From positions 83,726,827 to 83,790,826 of the forward strand of contig NC_057719.1 in assembly GCF_004010195.1 (NCBI RefSeq): 64,000 nt of DNA. The letters are read 5' to 3'. Within the stretch, counting starts at the first letter, position 1. Every line of letters begins with the position of its first letter. Source of the DNA: Chiloscyllium plagiosum. Its lineage: Eukaryota. Of this stretch, positions 1 to 12,260 are shown in pieces. The notes under the pieces were generated by a model. It searched no databases and was not told the DNA's origin. It was given only the letters and a program-made list of their open reading frames with translations. The translations under genes and the position numbers were made by a program.

Positions 1-360
1 AAAGAAGTTTTAGGGGTGACTTGATAGAGGTGTGCAAGATGATTAGGGGTTTAGATAGGGTTGACCGTGAGAACCTTTTTCCACGTATGGAGTCAGCTAT
101 TACGAGGGGGCATAGCTTTAAATTAAGGGATGGTAGGTATAGGACAGATGTTAGGGGTAGATTCTTCACTCAGTGAGTCGTGAGTTCATGGAATGCCCTG
201 CCAGTAGCAGTGGTGGACTCTCCCGCTTTATGGGCATTTAAACGGGCATTGGATAGGCATATGGAGGATAGTGGGCTAGTGTAGGTTAGGTGGGCTTGGA
301 TCGGCGCAACATTGAGGGCTAAAGGGCCTGTACTGTGCTGTATTTTTTCTGTGTTTCTAT
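1..360 (+). mobile_element. CR1/HER1-type LINE 3' end (runs off window start)
   Basis: Encodes RGDLIEVCKMIRGLDRVD-type RT C-terminus, followed by the 3' UTR seen in antisense at 37364-37648. Confidence 0.9.
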
Positions 361-429
361 AAATTTATTTGCAACAAATGGGCTTTTTTGTTGTTTATTG
401 ATGAACCTGGTATGAGTTTCCTTTATCCT

Positions 430-1930
430 AGATAGCAGTCAAAGTCAGGCAAATGACATAACATGTAAGTGGAGGTGGGGACAACAGTTCCAATGAGGAA
501 CGTGCAGGATTACATAAGGAATAGAGTATAGAAAGTGCTGGGCGCTATTTACAAACCAAAAGTGTGTTTATAAGTATACCAGGCAAAATAATGGCCAGGA
601 GAAATTGAGGACTGCAGATGCTGGAGACCAGAGTTGAAAAATGTGGTGCTGGAAAAACACAGCAGGCCAGGCAGCATCCGAGGAGCAGGAGAATCGACGT
701 TTCGGGCATAATCCCTTCTTCAGGAATCAAGATAATGGCCAGGGAAATATTAGGCCCATTAAGGACAAAAGTGGCATTTGACCGTGTATAAATCCAAAAG
801 ATATCGGTAACGTTCTAAATGAGTACATTGCATCTGTTTTCACTGTGGGGAAAGATGATGTGGACTTTGAAATTGGGTAGGAGGACCGTTATATATTTGG
901 ACAAATTAGTGTTGAGAGGGCGAAGATGTTAGCGGTTTCAGATGACATGAAATTGAATAATTTCCCAAGCCAGATGAGATGATTCCGTGGCTGCTGGGGG
1001 AAGTAAGGGAGGAGATTGCAGGGGTTCTAATACTAATTTTCAAATTCTCTCTATTCTCAGGAGAGATGCCAGAGGACTGGAAGACAGCTAATGTGGTACC
1101 ACTTTTCAAAAAGGATGGTAGGGCCAAACCAGTGAACTACAGGCCAGTGAGTCTAACAACGATGTCAGGGCAACTTTTGGAAGAAAGTTCTGATGGACAG
1201 AATTTCTTTTGACTTGGACAGACAAGCATTCACCCTGGAACGTTAGCATCGTTTTGTCAGATGAAGTTAGGTCTCACAAATTTGGCGAATTTTTTTTTAG
1301 GTGGGTGACGAAGTGCATAGATGACGGTTGGGCAGCTGTCTACATAGACTTTAGTTAGGCTTTAGACATGGTATCACATGGGAGATGGTCAAGACAGAAA
1401 CAGACCAAGGGATTCAGGATAATTCGGCAAATTGGATCCAAAATTTGCTTAATAGCAGGAAGCAGACGGTGATGATCAAAGAGTGTTTTTGTAACTGAAA
1501 GGCTGTTTTACTGGGGTGTACCCCAGTACTGGGTCAGGGTCAGTACTGGATCCCTTGCTGTTTGTCATGCAGATTAATGATCTCGACATGAGTATAGGAG
1601 GTTGCTCAGTAAGTTTGCAGATGGCAGAAAATATATGTGGTATAGTAAATACGAAGAAGGAAAGCCTGAGGCCATAGGATGATGTGGGCGGACTGGTTTC
1701 ATGGGCAGAACAGTGGCAGGTAGAATTTGAACCTGAAAAGTGTGAGGGTTGTATTATGGGAGGACTAACAAGGCAAAGGAATACATGAATGGTAGGACCG
1801 TTGGAAGTATTGAAGATCAGAAGGACTTTGTTGTGCATGTCCTTAGATCCTTGAAGGCAACAGGGTGGTTAAGGCAGCATGAGGAATATTTATCTTTATT
1901 AACTGAGGTTTTAGATATTACAGCAAGGAG
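430..1930 (+). mobile_element. Decayed CR1-type LINE ORF2 fragment, interrupted at 600-727
   Basis: ORF 979-1212 contains WKTANVVPLFKKDGRAKPVNYRPVSLT; frameshifted RT motifs follow; left boundary uncertain. Confidence 0.85.
600..727 (-). mobile_element. Penelope-like terminal cassette (family A) with hammerhead core
   Basis: Antisense reads CTGAAGA-a-ggg-attatg-ccc-GAAA-cgtc; flanked by caaaataatggccagg (584-599) and caagataatggccagg (728-743). Confidence 0.85.
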
Positions 1931-1934
1931 ATGG

Positions 1935-2036
1935 ACAACAAAAACAGAAGTCGCTGTAAAAACTCAGCAGGTCTGGCAGCACCTGTGGAGAGAAATCAGA
2001 GTAAATGTTTCGGACTGAGTGACACTTCCTCAGAAC
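1935..2036 (-). mobile_element. Penelope-like terminal cassette (family C), decayed hammerhead
   Basis: Antisense gtt-CTGAGGA-agtgtcactcagtcc-GAAA-cattt; shares the downstream gctgccagacctgctgag block with 22908-23005. Confidence 0.7.
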
Positions 2037-2269
2037 ACTTAGGAAAGGGCGTTCCAGAGCTCGGGGTTCAAGGAACTGAAGGCACAGCCACCCATGGTGA
2101 ACTTTTGGAAAACATGGGTTCGCAAAGTGCCATAATTGCAGGAGGAGTGGAATAATCTCAGAAGGTTATCAGCCTGAAGTTAAGAACAGATTTCGAGAGG
2201 CATGATGGTTGTGGGATTGGGAGCAGGGATTTGCGGTGCAAGGTCATGGAGAGATTTGAAAAGAATGAT

Positions 2270-2763
2270 AGATAGAATGATGGGATCTCTACAGCATGGA
2301 AGCAGGCCATTCAGATGATCAGGTCTAAACTGACCCTCCACAGAATTTCTAAGTGCGTAAACAGGCCATTTGACCCAACAAGTCCACACTGACCCCATCT
2401 CTACTCTACCCTATTACTCTACATTTACCCCTGACTAATGCACTTAACCTATCTCTAAACACTATTGGCAATTTAGCATGACCAATCCACCTTACCTAAG
2501 AGCATCCCACCCAGATCCACCACCCCAAAATCCTTGTAACTTTGTATTTCCTATGGCTCATCTACCCATCCTGCACATCGCTGAACACTATGGGAAATTT
2601 AGCACAACCTAACCTGCTTATCTTTGGACTGTGGGAGGAAACTGGAGCACCCAGAGGAAACCCACGCTGACACAGGGAGAACGTGCAAACTCCACACAGA
2701 CAGGCGCCGAACCCGGGTGATGTGAGGTAACAGTGTTAACCACTGAGCCACCATGAGCCCCCT
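2270..2763 (-). mobile_element. HE1/V-SINE-type SINE, composite (a second 3' fragment nested inside)
   Basis: Matches 8911-9238; the internal aatttagca segment occurs twice; gaatgat flanks at 2263-2269 and 2764-2770. Confidence 0.85.
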
Positions 2764-3080
2764 GAATGATGAGAAAGTGAAATCAAAGTGCTGCTGAACT
2801 GAGAGTCAATGTTCAAGAACGTACTGCGCACTCACATTGCACTAATGACCAACTGGTTGAGGAATCACTGGAATAGGACCAATGGCAAGGAGTCATTGCC
2901 TGCAGGAAAGAACATTGGTACAGGGGCATGTGGGTGGGAAACTATTGACTTAAGTCATTTCAAAGCAGCAGCAGCAATGCTTCTTTTGGAAGTCATCATA
3001 AATTAAACTGACAGAATTTTGGTAATTGCCCAACTTGGGTCCTTTGACAGGAGCCAGATGCGTGACTAATAGTAACTCAC

Positions 3081-3116
3081 TCCTGGCGTGCAATCCCCTG
3101 CTGCTTGTTTACACCT
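3081..3116 (-). other. Candidate 36-nt micro-exon
   Basis: Antisense polyT-attccag acceptor and gtgagt donor; two frames open (RCKQAAGDCTPG or xGVNKQQGIARQx); lies in non-repeat DNA. Confidence 0.4.
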
Positions 3117-5134
3117 CTGGAATAAAAAAAATTGCACAGCAATTATTCAAAAGTCACTGAACAATATGATCCGTGGGTCCTGAAGAACTTGTATTGATCA
3201 CACCAGCGGATTCAAAACTGCCCCTTTGTGTTACCTTTCCTCAATCCCAGCATGTGGAGCCTTTACCTGCTCAGCTCTATAAACACACATGTGTGAACCA
3301 GACTTTCCCTACCCGTTCTCTCTCCCTCTGAGAAATTCCAACCATGTTAACCCTCACAGTTGTCAGCTGGCCCTCAGATGGAGTCTGAGCCACTGTGGTG
3401 CTCAGCTTTATGAACCTTTTAATGCAAACTGCATGCTATTTTTAGTCCAGGTCTTATAATGGTGGCACCAGGTATTTCGAACAAAGCTGCCTTTACATCA
3501 AACAGAAAGGTTGAGTAACGCATCATTTTCTCAGTCAGGGGGGATCAATCACCTTTTTGAACAATTAAAATGCAGCACTCCAAAGTAATCCAGTGAGTAA
3601 AAACACCAAGTGCTGCTCTGGCTGTAAACTTGCTGTGTTCAGGATTAGGAAACTACAATTGTGGGTACACTCTGCAAGTGCTTGCCCGAACCCCTTGTTT
3701 TGAAGTGAACCTTGTCTACATTGTTTCTGGGCCCGTGTCTTAGAATTCCCCAGATAATCATTAGTAGTAAGCTCCAGTCAGCAGTGTGATGGAGTGTGCT
3801 GCACTTAAGTGAAGGGGGGGGGGGGGAGAACAGCCTCAACAACACCTGAGAAGCTTGACATAAACCTGCCCATAACAGACTGGTGCCTCTGGCCTTGGCA
3901 TCCATTGTGACTGTGCCACTTAGTTTGTATTTATCCAGCACTTTTCACATATTCAGAATATCCCACATGAACTACACAGGATTTTACATGGAATTTAATA
4001 GCACAGAAACAGACTACTCAGCTCGACTCGCTCACTGTTATGTTCCACTCGAGCCACCTCCCACCTTATTTCATCTAACCCAATCAACATACGGTACAAT
4101 GGTAGAGAAGGTATGTACATATCTAGCTTCTCCTTGTATCTCAATAAGATCCATCTTGAGTATTCCACATGATAGCATGTTTCACGTCTTAATTAATCTC
4201 TCGATTAAGAAGCTTCTCTTGGGTTGCTTATTAGATTTATTTTTCAGTGCCTCACAAGAGTTTTCTCTCCCTATTTGTTGGTCTTTTCAATTCCTGTGCC
4301 TGCCTTTGCTTCTCTCTCAGTTTTCTCTTTTTAATTCTTTCTCTGGTTAAAGTCTTGCTCAAGAACAGTACTCAGCCTTGAATGCTGTCTATAGGTAATC
4401 TGGCTCCTTGAGGCTGCTCCACCGTTCAATCAGAATGTCTACAATCTGTATGGAAACTCCAAAACTTCAATACCTTTGCCTAAGATTAACCTTGAAAGTA
4501 GCATATAACACTTTAACCATTGTTTTCTTAATACTGACACCAAGGTTATGTACAATTCTAACTGACTAGCAGAATAACTTCTATGTTCTTCACTTCAGTG
4601 CTTTGGTCATTCAGGATTGCAGGTGATTGCATGATTAAACTTGCTAACCTGCATTCCAAACCCCTTGAGCTAAAGGTCTACTCTCCACAAGTCATTTGAT
4701 TACCTATTTGTGGCTGTGCACTAGCTTTAAGTGATTTATGCATTCTGATACCTATATATATTTGCCCATTTACAATTTCACACAACTTGGAGATTGCTCC
4801 AATTTATCTTGGTTTCCAAGTGCAAGGCCTCACCTTCCAGCATGCTAAAATTCATCTTCCATCTTTTCCCACATATTTTAATCTATCAACAGAACCACAT
4901 TGCAACTTGCAACACCTAGTTGCACTACTTGCTGTCTGTCATAAATTATTGCCAAACATAAATCTGCCATTTTCTATTTCTTCAGAAAAATCTGGTGACA
5001 AATTGAGGTGTCCTCAAACAGCCCCATTCAAAGAGGCACCATCTTCTGCTGCCATCTTGTCTCAGACACTTTCACCCACTGACCATCCAGTGTTAGGGCA
5101 CCTTCTATCCTTATCCATCCTTTGGTCAGGATAA

Positions 5135-5275
5135 TCGAACAGGATACAGAATATAATGTTTTCGCTACAGAGAAGGTGCAGAGAAAGATCAATTCTAATC
5201 TACAAGTGGTTCGTTCAGAAGTGTGATAACAACGAGGAAGAAACTGTTCTTGAATCTGTTGGTACGTATTTTACC
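5135..5275 (-). mobile_element. Rex1/Babar-like LINE 3'-region fragment
   Basis: Similar to 57850-57985 (gaaggtgca..agaga..ttcaga..taacaac..gaag); clade name from recall. Confidence 0.5.
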
Positions 5276-5329
5276 TGTAACACACTGGGACAAGCAGATT
5301 AATCATTATTCACATTTACATCAGGACCC

Positions 5330-5508
5330 ATTCATTTTTTAGACCATTCACAAGTCAGAACACAATGTAGGATAATATAAAGTAGCCATTCGTAAGTATA
5401 GGAAACATTCATATGTTGGATCTTTAGAATTACACATCCTATGGGATCAAATTCATAAGTACAGGTGCTCATAAGTCAAACATATAGATTGTGGGGACAC
5501 CCCTGTAT
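5330..5508. mobile_element. Possible Tc1/mariner (Tigger-like) MITE end
   Basis: Repeated ttc(g/a)taagt motifs ending ggggacacccctgTA; partner TIR not found. Confidence 0.35.
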
Positions 5509-6606
5509 ACAATTCGCTTCAGCAGAAATAGAACCATTGCTGAATTTAAAGTATGTATGTAAACCAGGGAAGATGGAGGCAAACAAACGGTTAACACCAA
5601 ATCGCTGATCTGATCTGCATCCTCCCACAACCTCCAAATGCCAGGACCTAGGCTTGTATTCTTTGTGTGTGCTGTTGATCAGGCCCCTATCTCAAGCCAA
5701 ATGGGCCATACAGTATACTATTAAATGCAATATCATTCAGTGAGTGGAACAGACTATTTGTGCTGGGCCAATGGTTACTAGGTCTTTGTTAATAAGCTCA
5801 TAGGAGTAAACTTGCATCGATGCTGCGTTAGAGATATCATACTTGTTTTGATGCTGGAATATGATCTAGGATCTGTCCACTTCCAACACAAGTTCTTTAG
5901 GCAAAGTGCTCCACGTTTACTGGTGTTGGTCTGTATCAGTATTAGATACTCGCCTAGTCCGGTCCATAGTGTGGAGCTCAGGAACAGTGAACTTGGCCTG
6001 TACTGGTTATCCCCTGTTCCACTTTGTACAATATTCTCCACAGCCCAACATCTATCTGTGAAAGCACCAAGGATTTTATCTCTTCTCTCTGGGATGGTTA
6101 ATAAATTTTCCAATAACATTTCCAGTTATCTTGTGGCCGGCATGTTTTTTAGATTAAGCCCAAAAAGTGCCATCTGGAGAATACACGCAGGCTGGATTTC
6201 AAATGAATTCTTTTCCTTTGCGCAAGCATTCTGTGTGACTCATACCCATTCCAGCCAGTAAAAGACAGAGGGGCTTAAATCGACAGCTTTCACCAGCGTG
6301 TGCTACTGCTGTTGAGCCAGGCCTACAGCTACAACGCTGTCCACCTCTGCAATGTACTGAGATTTGAGAGGAGTACACAAATATCGTCCATGTGTTGATA
6401 ATCATGAAACAATACACAATGCCCAAAGCCCCACACTCAGTGATCTGTAAACAGTCCCCTTCTTATGTACCCGAGGACACGAAAGGTATCAGTTTGTTTA
6501 ACTGGTTAATGGAGTGGATGGGATGAAAGGGACATTCTGCCTTCACCGGATTACCATCACTTCAGGAAAGGTTTTCTCATGGTAACTGCAATTTTTCTAA
6601 GTCTGT

Positions 6607-6880
6607 CATCCTATCAGTTGTTGACCCACAGTCACAGTGGATCTGTGAGGCTTCTCATCCTATCAGGTACTAACTCACAGTGATAGTGGATACGATGCCC
6701 TTCATTCCACTAGGCACTGACCAAAGTGGCAGTAGATTCCCCAGACCTCTTACCCTATCAGGTGCTTTTCATCCTATCGCCAGCTGATTTACAGTTACAG
6801 TGGATCTTTGAGCCCTACACTCTATCGGGCGCTGACTCAGGCTGAGAGCGGATACTAGAGATCTCTCACTCTCAAGTATG
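6607..6880. repeat. Degenerate 47-49 bp minisatellite
   Basis: Units start 6607, 6656, 6703, 6751 (partial), 6770, 6818 and 6867; consensus approx catcctatcagg..ctgac.cacagt.acagtggat. Confidence 0.8.
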
Positions 6881-7249
6881 CCTCTGTGAGTATGCATTTG
6901 TATGGATCTCTGAGTCTGTTCTTCTACAGTTTGCTCATACCTTTAATCTTCTTGTCCCCTGTAAAAATTATTTCTTATGTTGATATTCCATTAGGTAGTT
7001 TCCCAAGTGAGACAGATTGACCATGCCGAATGCTGGTTTAATTATCTGTTAGCAGAACTGATACAACTGCACTGTCCACTATTGGGCCTCATCACCTTTG
7101 CTATCTACTAGTTATGGATCATAACCCTCTAGCTTCTTTACTCCTGTATTGCTTTAAAACCCTCTTCCTTCCCACCCCTTCACCAACACTCATGAGGAGC
7201 TCATCAACTTTAATTCTTCAAATGTTTAAAATTTTGATTTTTAAAAATT

Positions 7250-7365
7250 TAACCTACTTTCTAATCAACCTCTTCAGAGATGTTAATACACACCTCTGGA
7301 GCAGGTGGGACTTGAACCCAAGCCTTTTGGTACAGGGGCAGGGATGCTACCACTGCACCACAAGA
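7250..7365 (-). mobile_element. Short tRNA-derived SINE
   Basis: Antisense A box gtggtgcagtgg and B box ggttcaagtccc; same family as 61410-61530; agctcatcaact occurs on both flanks. Confidence 0.7.
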
Positions 7366-7419
7366 TGGATCAGCTCATCAACTCTATTGTCATACAGTTT
7401 ACTTTGATCAGCTGTCACC

Positions 7420-7660
7420 TCGGAAATAGGAGCAAGATATAGCCCCTCAAGCATGTTCCACCAAACCATTAAATCATGGCCAACCTTTACCTCAATGCAA
7501 TTTTCTTGTACTATTTTCATATCTCTTGCTGTCTTTAATATCTTGAAATCAATTGAATTCTGTCTTGATCAGACACAGTGACTGAGCCTCTGCTGGCCTA
7601 TTGGTTAGAGAATTCCAAAGGTTCACTACCAACCGAGTGAAGAAGAACCTCTCCTACCCA
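7420..7660 (-). mobile_element. Old CR1-type LINE 3' end (second family)
   Basis: Decayed match to 17520-17760. Confidence 0.65.
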
Positions 7661-7694
7661 TTATTCATACCTCTCTGCTGCTTCCCTTCTTGAA

Positions 7695-7930
7695 TTTGAA
7701 TTAGCTTTATTGTCACGTGTACTCAAATAAGTGCAGTGAAAAGTCGCCACATTATGGTGCCATCTTAGGTACATGGTACCCAAGTACAGATCCTTAAGAA
7801 CAAGTGGTTAGGGAAAACAAATGAGAAAAGTAAAGAAATAAAGTGCCCTGCATTGCAGACTATAGGAATAATTTAGAAAAATAAAGAAATAAAAAGTTCA
7901 GAATAACAGTCTTTGCAACCCAATCCACAC
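7695..7930 (-). mobile_element. Non-autonomous element with Rex1-like tail
   Basis: tttattgtcacgtg...cagtg...tcgccac...gccatctt block is shared with 35150-35250 and 44370-44470. Confidence 0.5.
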
Positions 7931-8019
7931 CTGCACCTAGCCTCCAGTAACTGAAAGCGAGTCTTTCCTCACGCACTAAGTTAAACCCTAAGCAAACACT
8001 AAGTTTGCTTTTGTTACAG

Positions 8020-8536
8020 CTGTGTAATAATATTGTGTGTCTTGTAAAGAAGGCTAACCTGACTTTTGAAAAGGGTCACAGAATCTTACAAGATGGCACC
8101 CAGAAGTCACATGACACTGTCAGTCAAAAAGCAGATATGTTATCTCTGCATAAAAAGGACACAATTTGTATTCATCTGAAGGTGCAAGAATTCAAAGCGT
8201 CTGAGAAAACAGGATTCTGGAAGGACAGTACAGGGAATTCTAACATAATCGATTTTGTCTTGTGAAACAATGATTCATCAAAGTTAACACAGAACAAACA
8301 ACAACGAACACCTCTTGAACAAAGAAAAAAATCAGAGAGGTGCCAGAGAGACAGGGCTACCAAACGTAGAGATGGAGAAAGACAAAGCAGCCGAGGTTGA
8401 CTGGACTGAAGCAGGATACAAACTACAGTGCCATAAAAGTGAGATAAAGGAGCCTTCAGTGCCTCCTGTTCTACATAGTCCCCCTGTCCAGTCAATCTTC
8501 AACTATTCAACTACAGAGGCCTTTGCTGAAATCTGA
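8020..8536 (+). pseudogene. Candidate terminal exon or decayed coding segment of unknown product
   Basis: ttgcttttgttacag acceptor, 81 open codons to TGA 8263-8265, an overlapping open frame 8288-8536, and aataaa near 8758; no recognisable domain. Confidence 0.25.
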
Positions 8537-8910
8537 TTTGAAAATATTAACTTCTTCACTTAGGAAAAAGAATCTTAAAGCAAGGTACAGGTCTGCACTG
8601 ATAAGAGACTGATCTAACTTTCATTGTTACAAATATCCCCTGTTCATACCTATGTTTATTATTTGTATCTGTATTTTAGCTAATGACTATCACTTTTTTC
8701 ATTTAACTTTCAGGAATTGTGAACAGAGTCCAGATGTAATCCAACCAAGGCTCTAAAATAAAATTAACTTTCAATCTTGTCCTTTGCTGATGGTCATTTT
8801 TAAATTTGAACACCTGAGAAACAGAAGTTCAAACATGTTGCACAAAATTTAGTTCATGGACTAGTTTGTGGCTCAATGGGCGTGAATGTGAGAGCTACAT
8901 AAGTTGAATT

Positions 8911-9238
8911 AGATTTTTTTAGATTAGATTACTTACAATGTGGAAACAGGCCCTTCGGCCCAACAAGTCCACACCGACCCGCCAAAGCGCAACCCACCCA
9001 GACCCATTCCCCTACGTTTATCCCTTCACCTAACACTACGGGCAATTTAGCATGGTCAATTCACCTGACCCTGCACATCTTTGGACTGTGGGAGGAAACT
9101 GGAGCACCCGGAGGAAACCCACGCAGACACGGGGAGAATGTGCAAACTCCACACAGTCAGTCGCCTGAGGCAGGAATTGAACCCGGGTCTCTGGCGCTGT
9201 GAGGCAGCAGTGCTAACCACTGTGCCACCATGCCGCCC
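8911..9238 (-). mobile_element. Full-length HE1/V-SINE-type SINE
   Basis: Antisense tRNA-like head (ggtggcacagtggttagc; gggttcaattcc), central gtgtggagtttgcacattctccc core, and LINE-like tail with (aatct)n. Confidence 0.92.
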
Positions 9239-9599
9239 TGATACTGCTGTTGCAGTATCCTGGGCATCATCTTATCATGGGCTTTGGGTCCTCAAAGGCC
9301 AGCGGGCCAGCAACTCTGGGGAGTAGATGGTTGTTGAGGCAAATCAGACACCACGAGGATGGAGATGCCCTGAGAGGCACATAACTACATTAAAAATGGT
9401 GAGGGCTGAGAGTTGTGAGGCCTGTTGGAGTGGTGAATCCAGGAGGATCGACAGGATTGCTAGCACAGCCATCCCTTTCTACAGCCCCATTGTTGGCTTT
9501 AATGTCCCCCTTCAGCAGCCTGCTGCTGGGATACTGCCTTCATTGAAATGGCTGCCTGTGCATAAAGCTTGCTGTAATAGGGTCCATACACACAAGTCA

Positions 9600-9950
9600 C
9601 AAAAATGTACCAGTCAAATAGAGGACTGGATTATAAAGGGGAGGTTTTGCTACAGCTATACAAAGCCTTGCTGGGATTATATTTGGACTATGGTTTACAG
9701 TTTGGACACCACACCTCAGAAAGGGTACAACAGCATTGCGAGGACTGTAGCCCATATTCAGAGTATGTTTCCAGGTCTCAGATCACAAAGAGAGAAGAAA
9801 GCACATTAAGCTGAATTTGTATTCCTGGATTTTGAAAAGTAATGATGGTGTCATACAGTACTGCAGCAGGGAAACAGGCCCTTCAGTCCAACCTATGCTG
9901 ACCAGGTTTCCCAAACGAAACCAGACCCATTTACCTGCTTTTGGCCTTCA
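9600..9950. mobile_element. CR1 RT fragment (+) followed by a CR1 tail fragment (-)
   Basis: RGLDYKGEVLLQLYKAL peptide; tail matches 12664-12770. Confidence 0.7.
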
Positions 9951-11119
9951 TGTTGTCCACTCGTCTGGGATAGGTGGATATAACCTGAAAATGTGAGTAT
10001 GTATGCCTGTATACAGGAGTTGTCAGACAATGATTGGAACTGGAAACCCCTGTATGAAGCAGCAAATGCCAATTTTAATACCTCCTTATATCCTCCTTCT
10101 GCTAAGATCAGCCAGGACTATAGCAGATAATCAACAAAACGTCGTCTTAGTTTCCATGATACATTGGGATTACCAGCTAAACAACAGCAGAGTGCTTGAG
10201 GTTATGCTTTCGAAAGAGAATGCGCGCATACCTCAATATAATGTTCAGTCTTGATACTCCAAATTGCCTGTCCACTGAGTTTTCTTTCCCACGACTGAAA
10301 ATTGCTGGAGTGGTTTTAAATTGAATTTGCTTACAGGGCAGTGATGTGGTGCCAAGTGTCTCTTCACGTTCTGCCAAGATGCAAATCGGACAAGGTCAGA
10401 ATAGTGGCAGAATGATGGCTTGCACTCTGAAGTTTGATTTTTTGACAATGAAAATTCCTTTCAAACCTTAGGAACCTTAATTAATGATGTCTCTACATCA
10501 GGGGACACAGCAGTTACTTGAAGAACAGTACAATGGCCTCCTTTGTTTCAAATCAGACTCTTGTTGAAGGCCCATTTGAGAGGCATCCAGGCACAGTGGT
10601 CAAAAAGCAGATTATCCAGAGCAATGACAGATGTGGAGCAATGATAGGCACCACAATTCTATTCTGTACGAACAAAGCAGTCCCTTCGGCTTCTCAGAGC
10701 TGGCCTGCCATTCCATAAGAGCTTGGCTGATCTGATTGTGACCTCAATTCCATATGCCGGTCCACAACACTTTGATTATGCTCCTCACTACATTTTGACT
10801 CCCTTGTTTGTCCATTTGTTGGTCAACAAATATTCTGATTGTTGCATTCTACAAGGTTGCCTGTATTTCTCATTTGAGAACCAAAACAAATCTTGTGGGA
10901 AAGCTATCCCCATCGATCAGTTTATCCAGAGCTGAAAAATTCCTTCCACAACCAGACGGGTGAATGGAACACTTAGGAAGAGCCCAATAACAGAAAGCTC
11001 ACAGGTTCAATCCATGGGCCAAGCCGAGTTAGACCTCTTCGCTAGACTGAGAGTTGAACTGCAACAACACTTTTCCTCACTTACAGGTGGATATCTTCAA
11101 GAGTTGACATTCCTGCTTC

Positions 11120-11440
11120 TAAGTGGAAGACTGTTGGCTCTCGGGCCACTTGGAGACTTGAGCATAAAAAGCTAGGTTGGTACTTCAGTGCAGTGCTGAG
11201 AGAATGCTCCAAGGTGCTACCTTTCAGGTGAGATGACAAATCAAGCCCTGTCTTCCCTTTCAAAGTGGCACACTTTTCTGAAGAAGAGCAGGGGTGTGCT
11301 CTCTGGAAACCTGGCCAATGTTTATCCCTCAAATAGCATTGTTAATAAAAAGCAGATTATTTGGTTATGTGCTGTGGGAGCCTGCGGTGTGTAAGTTGGC
11401 TGCTGCATCTCCTACATTAAAGCAGTGACTACACCTCAAA
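11120..11440 (+). mobile_element. Deu-domain SINE (SacSINE1/AmnSINE-like)
   Basis: cttcagtgcagtgctgag...gaagaagagcagggg...cctggccaat.tttatccctcaa core. Confidence 0.7.
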
Positions 11441-11789
11441 CACATAATCACAGCATTGTTACAGTGAAACTGTTGGGCATGTTTTGCTGATTTTCTCGGT
11501 TAGGAGTTGGGAATAAGCACCAGAATGTTGATGATACTTTAAGATTAAAAACGTCATTCAGAGAATACTCAAAGAACTTCTATCCATTCCTCCCAATTTT
11601 AACTCTACCAGTAACCAGTACTAAGATCAGAAAGTTGCTTGACTATGAATGCTCTCAGACAAGGCAATACACGTACCCTGGTGTCTAAGTCTCAGGCTGT
11701 GCGACTTTACCAGACTATTGGAAGTGTTTAAATTCAGCCTACAGATGTTTCTCATCTATTGCTGATTCATAAATAATTAAAACTGGCAA

Positions 11790-12260
11790 CGCAGGTTAAC
11801 AAGGTCATAAAACATGCAAACAAAGCACTGCAGTCCAAATGAAAAACTGAGGAGTTATGTTAAACCTACACAGAACCGTGTTTAGACCAAACTTGGAACA
11901 CTGTGCAGAGTTTTGGCCTCACAGACTCACGGACTGCGTTCTTTCCTCCAGGAAGACTGAGCGGTAACGTAAGAGGACTCCAACATTGTGAAGGTGATGT
12001 GTCCATTTGAGGAGGGGGCAGTCTCAAAAAGAAGGAATTCAGAATAAACATCGCTACCCAGAGAACGGTGAAAAGTGGAACTCGTTGCCACAAAGAATAG
12101 GTGAAGCAAATAACGCAAATATATTCGTAAGAAAACTGGACACCAGGGAGGAAATGTGAGCAGGAACTGTTGATGGGGTAAGACAAAGCAGGATCAAAAG
12201 TGACCTATGTGCTGCAGAAACACCAATATAAACCAGTTGAGCAGAATGGGTGGTAAGCTG
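11790..12260 (+). mobile_element. Highly decayed CR1 3' region
   Basis: Residual MLNLHRTVFRPNLEHCAEFW motif. Confidence 0.6.

Noticed and set aside
2772..2783. GAAAGTGAAA IRF/PRDM1 motif
   Set aside because: Isolated and within a decayed L2-like fragment
6607..6880. CRISPR-like repeat/spacer appearance
   Set aside because: Eukaryotic context, degenerate repeats, mutually homologous spacers and no cas genes
9160..9238. tRNA-like A/B boxes (also at 7310-7365 and 61418-61475)
   Set aside because: These are SINE heads with no complete cloverleaf, not tRNA genes
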